From Amoebophrya sp. A120 (Eukaryota > Protista > Dinoflagellata), in assembly GCA_905178155.1 (NCBI GenBank), contig CAJINV010000010.1:583851-647850 (forward strand): a DNA stretch of 64,000 nucleotides, given 5' to 3'. A program made the translations under genes and the position numbers. The notes below the pieces were generated by a model. It searched no databases, had not been told where the DNA came from, and worked only from the letters and a program-made list of their open reading frames with translations. Below, piece after piece: positions 1 through 10,777 of this stretch. Position 1 is the first letter of the stretch. The number at the start of each line of letters is the position of its first letter.

Positions 1-302
1 GAAGTAGAGGAAGCCCCGGCCACCGCACCACCGTCTTGCTGATAATTCCCCGTCGCCATTAGCAGTGGGTGCGGTTTATTTTCAGTGGTGGCATCTGCTG
101 CAGCGGCACTACCTGCAGCTCCACTATTGGCTGCGAACAACCCCTTAGCAGTAGTACCTGCGGTGCTGGAAGAGGACGAAGAACTGGCGCCGCCCTGGTT
201 TGTGGTCTGCTTCGAAGAAGTTTGCTTAGAACCAGCCGGCCGCTTCATCGGCTGGGCCGCAGTGGTGCCCGGCTTCGGGAGACCCAGGAGACTACCCAAC
301 AT
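1..302 (-). CDS. 5' end of a hypothetical low-complexity protein (runs off the window edge)
   Basis: ATG at 302; open frame MLGSLLGLPKPGTTAAQPMKRPAGSKQTSSKQ... to position 1; S/A/G/T-rich like the neighbouring genes. Confidence 0.55.
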   Translation of the reverse strand, partial: MLGSLLGLPKPGTTAAQPMKRPAGSKQTSSKQTTNQGGASSSSSSSTAGTTAKGLFAANSGAAGSAAAADATTENKPHPLLMATGNYQQDGGAVAGASST

Positions 303-1203
303 GGTTCTTTCACTTTTGCTACTAGCTCGTGCTACAAGGGGGCAACACGGCTTGTAGCTTTAGTTCGAGCTACACCTTGGTTTAGCTTAGTTACTTCTCA
401 ACTATGCGCAAATCGCTTTTATCATTCCGAGCTCGGCTGCTTCGATGTCTATCTAATGCTAGAATGAAAAGGAACATCCCTGAAATAAAGCCGGTTGATG
501 TTGGTGCTGCTGCTAAATGAGCTGCTGTTGATGTCTCTGCGTAACTAGAGTTCGCGATGATCTCGGTAACCGGACTGTGAAGTGGCCTTTGTTCTGAGGG
601 TAATCGTAATGCCTACAAGATATTAGTATACCAAACAACGGGTTGCAAAAGGGCTACAGATTGACTCGCCATCTTCGTCCTTTGGCAAAAGAATAGGCGA
701 AGAGGAAGAGTCATCTAGAGTCATGAACATCATGATCCTCAAACCTAAATGAATGATCCTCGATGTTGTTGGTGGTGCACCATGGAAAACACCAAAAATG
801 GATCTTCTCTGTCTCCGTTCAAACACGACACTGCTGGAAGATGTAGCTGAAGCGGAAAACGACTGACCTGTGCTTCACAATCAACATGATGCCCCCGGCT
901 GCAGTATGTCCTCACCTGCGGACCAGGATTAAGCCGATTACTTAGAACAGCTACATCAAATTTAATCTGTTACAAGGCGGAAACAATTCGGATAAAATCA
1001 GAGCAATATTCTCGGGAAGAAACTACTGCTTTTCCGTGTGATAGATGTAGACTACGACGCCAGCGAATAAAACATGGAAAAGAATCTCGAAAATGAAACA
1101 TCAGAACTCAATTTTTCATTTTTGTTTCACGAGCCAGAACATCATCTCCTCAACAACCGAGCAGTTTATTTGGTCGCTCCTCTCTTCTAGTCGTGTCATT
1201 CCC

Positions 1204-4200
1204 TCAGTACGTCACGAAAGACGACGGTTCCGGTGTGTCAGCTTGCTCCGCTGATTCGACGTCGTTCAAGCGGTCCATCTCATTGAGCTGCGTCGTCCAC
1301 TCCGACTCTTCCTGTTTCTTCACGCGCCGCACGTACTTGTTCAGGGGCGTAGAGTTTTTGATTTTAACGCCCCCCGCCTCCGCGTCCTCCTGTTGTCCTT
1401 GGTGCTCGTCCTGCTTTTGTTTATTCGCATTGACACTTCTGTCCACGTTTACGTCCGCCGATTCGACAATCTCGGCACGATCGTGGTCCTGGCTGTATCC
1501 TGAGTAAAAACCTCCCCACCTCAGAGTTAAGATGGGAATTTCGCTACACAAATCAACACGTTCTGGCTGCTGCGCATGACAAATTTGGCTCGTAGTGTGA
1601 GCCCATTTAGGTAGTGAAAGCTGCATAACAAATCGCCCATCTTATCCTGCTTCTAGCATGACAAGTTCCCAGGCAGCCATAGAAAGCGCTGCTTTGTGGC
1701 TCCTGCGCATGAGAAACATTTTCGGCATGCAGATGTGCATTACAAACCTGGTGCGGGGACCTTTTTACAGAGGATAGGCTGCCTTTGCTGCTCATTTTTT
1801 CCTCCTCCTTCGCATTTGTTGACAACGCCCCGGCGGTGGCCGCGGGGGGTTCTCCACTACGATCATCATCAAAACTGCGATCATCGCACACTGGCGCCGT
1901 GAAGATCATCTTCTTCTGCGAGGTCGTGGGTGAGCTACTTGAGGCTGACGTAGCTGGCCCGGAGCTGCTGCAGGCGCACATCCGACCGCCGAGTGTGGAG
2001 TTCTCAAACGTTACATTCTCAACTGTTGCAATGCAACAGTTGAGAATGTAACGTTTGAGAACTGTAATGCAAGAATGGCAAAAGTGAAAGGAGGCAGATT
2101 GTGCCTTTTGCATTACAAAAAATTCGGGACGAATTCTAGTGCTATTTAGTGCGTCGAGAAGTTGTCATGCGAAGAAGGCCTGACCGTCTGACGAGTGAGA
2201 GCGCTCTTGCATGACAAACCATGTAACAGCTGAGAATGTAACGTTTGAGAACGCCATACCGAGGCTTTCGGCGTTGCTCTCGATCACGTCCAAGGTCGAC
2301 GCCAGGGCCATGGAAGGGCTTTTGGTATGAAAGTGCACAACTGCCCCTCCCCCTCTTTTGTCATGCAAAATCCTAAATCCAGCTGCTGCCTTGTAGCACT
2401 GTTTGCATGACAAATTCTGCAAGCCCAAACAGTATGAAGATCGCGCCCGGAGGGCGATATTGGTAACCAAATGCGTGCGCGAAAATCAAACCAGCGCGAA
2501 AGCCAAACCAGCCGCGCGGCGAAAGCGCGGCCCTGCAGGCCGCGCTTTCGCCGCGCGGCTGCCACCACCATTTTTTTTAATTAGAATCCCACTTCTTCTT
2601 CTTGAGCCGCGGGCCGCAGTTTGCGGGTCATCGGGGGCTTCCGGATTCGCATTCAAAAGGGCCGCGGACGACTACTGTCGCCCGCGGCGGCCCGCAGGCT
2701 CCTGCGATAAGCATTGAAGGCGAAATCCGGTCTGCTATTTCGCAGCGGGGCATCCTTTCTAGCCCCCTGCATGACAAACTGGCCTCCTGGCCAAGAAGGT
2801 ATGCGGAAAGCCGAATCTCCGCGGACCCTTCCGGGCCACCAAAATCGGGCATTTCAGACGCGGCGGAGGTGCAGGATTTGTGCCCACAAACCAGGGCAAA
2901 TAGGGATTTTGTGACATCCCTCCGCCCGCTTCTAATGCGTTTTTTTTTTCACAATCCCGATGGTATGGCGCGACCACGCGCCCGCCGGACCGCCCTTGGC
3001 GGCCAGTTTGTAAGCCTGCCGAGGGTTCTCGGTTTTTTTCAATTTTCGCTCTTTTTTGTGGTTCTTAGGTGGCCGAAGGGCTCCGGACATTTTCACCGAC
3101 CGCAGCTGCCTGGCAGTTTCGGAGCCTGCGGAGGGATTGCGCTTTTGCGCATTTTTTTCTCTTTTTCTGGTTTCCAAGTGGCCCGGGCGACCTGGACATT
3201 TTTACCGCCCGCATCTCCCTGGCAGTTTTGAAGCCTGCGGAGGGATTGCGCTTTTGCGCCATTTTTCATCTTTTTTCATTTTCCAAGTGGCCCCAGCGAC
3301 CTGCACATTTTTACCGCCCGCATCTGCCTGGCAGTTTTGAAGCCTGCGGAAGGNNNNNNNNNNNNNNNNNNNNNNNNNNNNNNNNNNNNNNNNNNNNNNN
3401 NNNNNNNNNNNNNNNNNNNNNNNNNNNNNNNNNNNNNNNNNNNNNNNNNNNNNNNNNNNNNNNNNNNNNNNNNNNNNNNNNNNNNNNNNNNNNNNNNNNN
3501 NNNNNNNNNNNNNNNNNNNNNNNNNNNNNNNNNNNNNNNNNNNNNNNNNNNNNNNNNNNNNNNNNNNNNNNNNNNNNNNNNNNNNNNNNNNNNNNNNNNN
3601 NNNNNNNNNNNNNNNNNNNNNNNNNNNNNNNNNNNNNNNNNNNNNNNNNNNNNNNNNNNNNNNNNNNNNNNNNNNNNNNNNNNNNNNNNNNNNNNNNNNN
3701 NNNNNNNNNNNNNNNNNNNNNNNNNNNNNNNNNNNNNNNNNNNNNNNNNNNNNNNNNNNNNNNNNNNNNNNNNTTTCTGGCCATTTCCCTGACCTTCACG
3801 CCTCCCGGCGGTTGCCCTATATGGTAACGGCAACTGCCTTCGCGCTGCGTTTGCTAAGCAATATCGCAAGCGCGCAGAGCGCGCGCGCCGGCTTCGTGGG
3901 CCGGCGCGCGCTCTGCGCGCGCGCGCGCACGCATTTGGTTACCAGACTACATTAGGCACATAGATTTGTCATGCATGGGCTCCATGTGCGCTAGTGTTTG
4001 TATTGCTGTTCATGCCATACAAACGAGGGGAGGGAGAGTTCTGCACTGTCATATTTGGTCGTCGCGAAACACTGGACGGGCGAGTCGGAAGCCTGATTTT
4101 TCGGTTTGAACATAGAACAAGACGAGTCGAGGGATTAATTAGCGATGCTGGCTACGGTATTGGTATAATCTTGCATAAACAACATTCATGAAGCCGATCA

Positions 4201-6351
4201 TAATTAACAGCTGTAGTTACACCGCCATGTGATCACCACCTCCAGTATAGTACCTTCCCATATCCCATGGACATGCAGCTGTTGCAGGCCTCAGCCGCGC
4301 CCTTGAGAAACGGCCCGAACTGCGACGACATCGAGTAGGTACTAGCACGCAAGGACGTGGTATGAAAGTGCACAACCCTCCCTCCCCCTCATTTGTCATG
4401 CAAAACCCGAAATCCAGTCGCTGCCGACGTGTGGCACTGTTTGCATGACAAATTCCGGAAGCCCAATCAGTACTACAACAGCAATAGGGACATAAGTTTG
4501 TCCTGCTTAGGCCCCAAGTGTGCTGGTGTTTGTATTGCTGCTCATGCAATACAAATAAGGGGGAGTGGGAGTTGTGCACTGTCATACGTGGCTTCAGTAC
4601 CGGCCAGCGCGTCACTCGACTCTTCCGCAGAAGTTTTGCTGGCTTTGCTCCCACCCTCCTCTCCCAAAGAGGCGGATCTCTTGGTGACAAATTTGTTCGG
4701 AATGCTTGATGTGGTCGAAGATGTTGTTTTGCTTCTTGCTACAGATCCGGTGTTAGTGTTGTTCCTGTTCGCTTTCTTATTTTTCCCGATCCTGTTGTTC
4801 CTCGAAGTTGTACTACTAGCAGCTCCGAGAAACTTCGAGTCCGGCCCCGAGAAAATGTCGTTGTCCAACCGGTCAAAAATGCTGCGGTCCTCAAAAGGCG
4901 ACTTCAGGGCAAGGGCTGGCTCCGGAAAAGTAGAAAATAAATCGTTCCCGAAAATATTGTCAGTGTCGAACATTTTCGGCGCCGGGGCGAACAGATCGTC
5001 GGCCGAGGAAAACAGCGAGCTGCCGTGCGACGGCAGGGTCAGGAGGTCTCCGCTGTCATGTTGAATGTAAAGTTCGTTACATTGCAAGTTCTTTTCGAAA
5101 ATTTTACGAACCCAAATCTGCACTTCTGCCTCCAGTTGCACTTCTTGCTGTTGCTCCATCACAGACAGGTATTTTTACAGAAGCTGATGAAACACATCAA
5201 GCAGCACAAAGAAAATCAATCAGATACAATAAATCCCCCTGCTGTGCCGAATCCCGGTCGTCCAGCTGCCTTGCCGCGTTGAAAAGTGTTGATTTTCCTT
5301 CATGTTGGCCGCTTCTATTCTCCTTGCTGGTGGTCTTCATCGCTTTCCTGTCCAGCGCAGCTGATGTCCCCGCGTCACTATTCGCTCCGTCCCCAATCGT
5401 CCCCGAACCCTGCTCCTCCGTCCCACCCAGGTCTCGCAAGTCTTCAAATCCCCCACAACTACTCGCGTCCGCCTTGCATTGGCATAAATTCTCGGATTTG
5501 ATTCGCTCCGAAAACCCCGCGGACTGCAACACGTTCTTGCTACTGCCGCGAGCAAAGGCGACGGTGGAAGTTGATGCAGGTGCAGCTCCAGTAGTGGTGG
5601 ATGATGAAGATGATTTTATTTGTCCGTCACCTCCTTCAGCTGCCGAGCTTGCGGCGCCGCTGCTCTCGGAGGCATTTTCAGCAGCTGTGGAAGCGGAGGT
5701 GGCTGTGGGGGATTTTTGCGCCATGCAGATTACGTCCCCGTCCTGGCCGGCCATCTTCTGCTGACACGCCGCGCCTGAGGTTAGTTTTTTGCGTATAGAT
5801 AAAATTCGCTTCATCGGGTCGTGTGAGTAGAGGTGAATCAACTAAAATTATACGGCTAGGTACTTCTAGCCCCATGATGATGTTGCGTCAGGAAATGTTA
5901 ATATACTGACTGCATCATGCCAGTACAGAACTACTCGCATCTTCAACAGTAACGATTTACATGCCGCTTTCTCGCTTTGGAAGGGTCCGAAGGAGAAGTC
6001 GACCGATCGGGAAACCACCGCTTTTCCATCAGGCCCGACTTCGGAGGACGAGGAGCTAGAACTTTCCGACGTCTCGAAGGTGCTGGAACTCCAATCCGGC
6101 GGAACTAGCTGCAAGCTGTCCAGCAATCGCCTCTGCAACTTCCGCGCGGAGACTGCGGAGTTGGGTGGTGTTGTGTGCGTTACGAGGAGGGAGGGCGCTA
6201 CCAGAGTAGTTGCAACTACGCGGAGGGCCGCGGAGGGGAGGAAGGTCGCTGGAGAGCCTCGGCAAGGCATTTTTGAATGTTGGGCTGACATGCTTGTCGC
6301 GTCACTTGTTCTCCGGTAGCAATGTGACAAGGTAAATACTTCTTGTTCCAC
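1204..6351 (-). CDS. Hypothetical multi-exon low-complexity protein (5' end uncertain)
   Basis: Minus-strand ORF pieces join in frame when introners 4361-4586, 2326-4053, 1994-2258 and 1496-1776 plus one TSD each are removed (TEATSLRAST; FATTKSPSMAL; ESLGGRMCAC; SKGSQDHDR); upstream ORFs 5197-5841 and 5866-6351 are likely further exons. Confidence 0.55.
1496..1776. mobile_element. Introner family B (TIR TATCCTGAGTAAAAACnTCCCCACC)
   Basis: TAT..ATA ends, TIR, TSD GGCTG. Confidence 0.9.
1994..2258. mobile_element. Introner family F (TIR TATGGCGTTCTCAAACGTTACATTCTCA) with a fold-back duplication
   Basis: TSD CCGAG; left end TGT, right end ATA; perfect palindrome 1999-2063. Confidence 0.85.
2461..3944. 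mobile_element. Nested non-autonomous element with 21-bp TIRs and subterminal hairpins (contains the assembly gap)
   Basis: TGGTAACCAAATGCGTGCGCG at 2461 and its reverse complement at 3924-3944; hairpins 2511-2559 and 3870-3920. Confidence 0.75.
3040..3353 (+). repeat. About 110-bp tandem repeat, about 3 copies, running into the N gap
   Basis: Repeated ...CATTTTTACCGCCCGCATCTGCCTGGCAGTTTTGAAGCCTGCGGAGGGATTGCGCTTTTGCGC... Confidence 0.85.
4361..4586. mobile_element. Introner family H
   Basis: TAT..ATA, TIR, TSD CGTGG. Confidence 0.9.
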
Positions 6352-6559
6352 CTTTTAATGTCATGCTGGTGTCGCTCTCTTTTTAGTATTAGTCTGTCTG
6401 TTTGCTTCGAAGGCGGCGGCGCGGCCGATCCTCTCTCGACCACCTGCAACACGTCCTTCACCCACTGATTACTACCTAGTGCCCCAGACCTGCTGTGGGC
6501 ACCAGATAAGCAGAACACGACGGCCAAATACTTCCTGGAGACGACCCGAAAGGGGCGGG

Positions 6560-7700
6560 CAGATGCCTCAAAAACTAACTGATGCCAGACCTGGCTGCGA
6601 CAGCGCTAACGGCCGCGAGCCTTCCTGCCAAGAAAGCCGCGGCGCTGGCTTCGCGCGCGGATGGATGCACACTCACAGCAGGCAGGCACAACGGCAGGGC
6701 GGGCCAGCGGCTGGTGGCGCTTGCACCAACGCAGCCGGGCGCGCCGCTGGGGAGCGAGAAATAAGCCGACTGGCCCGGCCGCCAGGGAGGCCCATGCCCG
6801 GCAAAGCCGTCGCAATTTCGCAGCCACGCCGGCTAGCCGTGGCTCTCACATGCCAAAAGCCCCAAACGCCTGAACAAAGGGCCCGGCCTCCCGTGAAACA
6901 CGGCGCACGCACGCAGCCGGCCCGCCCGGCGGGCGCGCCGTTTTGCGCCGGCTGGTGGCGCGGGCTGCCCGCCGCGCCGAAGAAGCCCCCTCGGGGCGAC
7001 CGGGGTACATATTAAGTGCGAAACCATGCGCCCCCCTTCCCGGCCGATCTTTGCAGATGGTAGATCTACCCTGCCGGCCCCCCCAAAGTCGCCAACCAGC
7101 CGGGCGCCCCCGCTACCCTGCCGGCCCCCCGCCTCCGCCACCCTGCCGGGGGGGGCGGGGGCAGAGTGCCCCCGGCCGCCAGGATTCAAATAAATGGCCG
7201 CGCCACACTGTGGTCGCGGGCCAATTGCAGGCCGTCCGTCCCTTTGCCGCGGCGGCATTTGCTACCGTCGCGCGCGGCGGCATCGCGCGCATCTGCACCC
7301 AAGCAAGCGCGTCGGGCGGGGCCACGGGGTCGGGGCCTCTTGCGCGGGCCAACCTGCGCGGGCTCGGGGCACCGCTCGCAGGTGCATCCGGCTCCGTGCC
7401 GCGCATCCATGCCCATGAAGCCGGTAGGGGGCGCGCAGCCAGCACGCGCGGGCCAACCTGCGCGGCCGTCTTGCGCGCCCATCCTTCCCGCAAACCCCCG
7501 GGCGCTTTTTCGGCCAATCCGAACGCGCGAAACTCGCGCGGCCTCGGCCCCTTCTAAAGGACTGCCCCGGCTTTCATTCGCTGCGATCTGGATGGCAACG
7601 CGGGACAGGGTTTCGCCTGGGTTGTACTTATATACGCAGCGCGCGCGACTTCTCCAAACTCCTCCTTGCGAACAGACACTGCAAGGACACGACACACGAA
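6560..7700 (+). pseudogene. Heavily mutated Ty1/Copia-like RT/RNase H relic
   Basis: ORF 6943-7557 holds distorted Copia-like motifs in the expected order: GRPGYI (GxLxYI), AGRPRYPAG (AxRxLRYLxG), PFAAAAFA (Y/FxDAxFA), RAASTRG (VAxSTxEAE); recognised by eye only. Confidence 0.45.
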
Positions 7701-7998
7701 GCGACGCCGCTTGAGTCTCAACCTCGAGGACGAGTGCACATGATTAAGGCGAACACACGAAGATGCTCATCCTCCTGCTCATTCGTTCGATCGGAGCCTT
7801 CGATATCAACATGCTTGCTGGCATTCGGAGATGACGAGTACTATTTTTTTGTTTTTTGGTTTCTCCATCTTCGTTTTTCTTTTTGTCGTCACACTGTGAC
7901 AGTCCTTCTCTTCCTCAAAAGTACAAAAAGTCAGAAAATGCTTCAGATTAGATCTTCTCATCATCACTTCATCGCTCCCCACCTCCAATCCGCAGCCT

Positions 7999-9802
7999 CT
8001 AATACCCGTAGAATTCTGCGTTCTTTCTTGGATACTGCTGCACAAGTAGTGCCACGCTGGTTTCTCGATCGGTTTCACACGCGAAGCAACGGCTACCAGC
8101 GCCATCACTGCTACAACCGGGCAAAACTACGCACTCGCCAGCTTTTAAAGTAATCGCGTCTACTACTTCTGTTCCCCCGACGCCGTCGCCTCCCCCATCC
8201 CCCACCTGCGTCAGTCGGGTTTCGCCCTCAATTTGAAACACCAGCGTCTCCACGCCGTTCTTTGGTAAGTCAATCGTTGCCGGCAACCCGATTTTGATGT
8301 TGAATTCCTTGTCTGGATGATCGCTTTTATCGTGGGCCGCTGCGGAATCATCTTCAGCACTACGATTTGCTTCTGTCGAACCATCCTTATCTGTTGCGCC
8401 GCGTGGTACTATTCCGCCAAACAGCGGCAAGGACTCTCCCGCTTGCAATCTTTGTCGATTTTCCCTTAGAAAGTCGGCCAGAAGAAACGGCTTCGGGACT
8501 GAGAAAATTTTCTGATTCACGGGAAATTTCGGCTCCTGACTGCTGTCCGTGGCTTCTTTCATTTTCTTCCCTGTGTTTGCTGTTGCGGACGCGTGCGGGG
8601 CAGCTGTAGAAGTAGTATTATCGCTAAACCAGCTAAACACGTTTTGGAAGTCCGTGGCCCGCGGGTCGTTTTTCGCACACTCCTCGCTGGACAAAAAGGC
8701 CTGTATATCCTGCGAAAAAACGTGATCACCTACCCGGAGATGTCAGATTAGATGTCATGCAAACGCGCATGCTAGAGATGTTTCTCATGCGGCTGTCCAA
8801 CATGAGAGGCATTTTCTCTATGGCTTTGTTTTGGGAATCTGTCATGCGCTAATCAGGATAAGAAAGATTGGATTGGTAAAATGCATCTGGACTAGCTAGC
8901 CAGCGGACTACGCAACTGCAGAGCCAAAGAACTTGTCATGCGTAACTCCCAAAAGTTATGATCAGGAGTTGTCTTGCAAAGTTCCCATCTTGATGAATCT
9001 GAGGTCGACGCGTGGGCGGCTCCGTTTTTACACAGGATACTTTACGACCGGTGCCAGGTCTTCCTTCAGGCTGCGGCAGTTAAAGAACCGCTCCCACAGA
9101 ATTTCGTCGATTTTCAACGCCTCCAGGTTCTTCTCGTGCTTCAAAAAGTCAAACCCCACGAAGTACTATCAAATGCAAGGGTGTCTGGGTCTGGAAGAGT
9201 CATGCAGTTTTTGCATGACGCAGAAGGTCTGGTATGGAAGCTCCAGCATCACAGGTCTCGAGAAGCTTCCGCAATGCCGAATCCGCATGATAATAGTCCC
9301 CATTTCGGTGACAAAAAGTAGGCAGCTTTTGCTACCTATGCATGAGAGATTTTTCTGTGTTCTGAAATGCGCATCACAAAGTTTGTATTCTTCCAGACCC
9401 AGACATATTTGCAATCCATAAGTACCGGAGGCCGTCCACTTCGTCCTCGTATCGTTCCCTCTCAACCACCAGCCCGAGGGAGCCCTCTTCCGGCCGCTGC
9501 GGGCTGTGGGGGATGCAGGAGGGGAGCAGAAACACCTGCCCTTCGTTAATCTCCACGATCTCCAACTGCTTGTTCGGCAGTATGATTGGCAGCTTCATGT
9601 TGCCCTTCAACTGGTAAAAGAACTCACTGCCCCGGTCGAGGTGGAAGTCCCTGCGCTTGTTGGGCCCACCGACAAACATTACCGTCATCTGGTTCTTGTG
9701 CATCAGCCGATTGCAAATCGGAGGTGCGAACTCCGCTTCGTGCTTCTTGTACCAGTCAAACACGTTGACGGGCTCGAGCAAACACTCCGACTCGATCCCC
9801 AT
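7999..9802 (-). CDS. HAAO: 3-hydroxyanthranilate 3,4-dioxygenase
   Basis: Motifs PPICNRLMH, VMFVGGPNKRRDFH, EFFYQLKGNM, EGQVFLLPSCIPHSPQR, GLVVERER..E.DGLRYFV, LWERFF; two introners removed; ATG at 9802. Confidence 0.93.
8706..9039. mobile_element. Degenerate introner family B in HAAO
   Basis: TAT..ATA; TSD CTGTA/CTTTA; removal gives LAPVVKAFLSSEE. Confidence 0.8.
9167..9420. mobile_element. Introner family A (TIR TATnnnnTGCAAAAATGTCTGGGTCTGGAA) in HAAO
   Basis: TSD AGTAC; removal gives DGLRYFVG. Confidence 0.92.
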
Positions 9803-10777
9803 GGTCTCGGTCGGTGGTCGTCCGATGGTCTCTTTTCTTCCTAGAGTAGTACTGGAATCTACTCGCCGTGAAGACCACAAAGACTTTGAACGGTCGTGGG
9901 GGGTTCTCAGGGTTTCATCTCTTGCTCGTCGTCAGTACGATACTACTTGATCAAAGTTATACTGTGAGTGTGATGGATATAATCTTCCAAATCGCTGAGA
10001 CCTGCAACTTGTGATCCTCGGGAAGACGGTAAAGAATGATCTCTTGCAGGAGTTCATCTTTTGGTACAAAGATTTTTCTGCTTAAAAAAATTATTCAAAA
10101 GCGAATTTGATCTCATACCAGAACCAGGTGATGTGCCCTTTTTGCATGAATACTTTAGCACTTTCTCGTCGGTGCATCAGACCACTCAACTCTACTGCTT
10201 CTCTCGGTCGAGAACATCATGACATGCATCCAATGATGGGGCCCCTGGTTAAATATGCAACGAACACTGCCTCATAGATAGGTGGTCTGAGAAAATTCTG
10301 CGAACACGGTAAGACAAGCAGGGACGCGATCACAAGTAGCTGCAACAGGATTGATGTGCAGGTACTACTCCAGGCGACCTATTATCAAGGGCCCTCCAAT
10401 TCCGATTAATTTTTTCTACGCGCAGGTGGAATACTTCAATGTTTTTCTAATTTTGTACACGACGAGCAGAAGGACTGCTACAATTTTCTCTACACAACTA
10501 CATGAGTGCACGACAATTTTTTCTCAAGTATCATACAGTCAGTTGAAGTTGCATACAGATGACTACCTGCCATCTTCGGCGTATTTTGTTTTTGACAAAT
10601 CTAAACCTATCCCTCGGCCAGTTCATTGGGTTGTTGTTTTCTCCATGAAACTTTGGAATTATAACGAGCTTCGCTTTTGTGACGAGACTATATTCTTGTT
10701 ATTTTGTCATGATGAAATTGATTTCAAAATAATCGACATCTTCTGTTGGGCGAGTTAGGCGCGAATAAATAAACTTT

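Larger units (their letters stand above)
2326..4053. mobile_element. Introner family H (TIR TATGAnAGTGCACAACTnCCCTCCCC) carrying a nested transposon
   Basis: TSD TTTGG; both halves align with the intact copy 4361-4586. Confidence 0.85.

Noticed and set aside
3069-3869. ORFs spanning the N run
   Set aside because: Assembly gap artefact.
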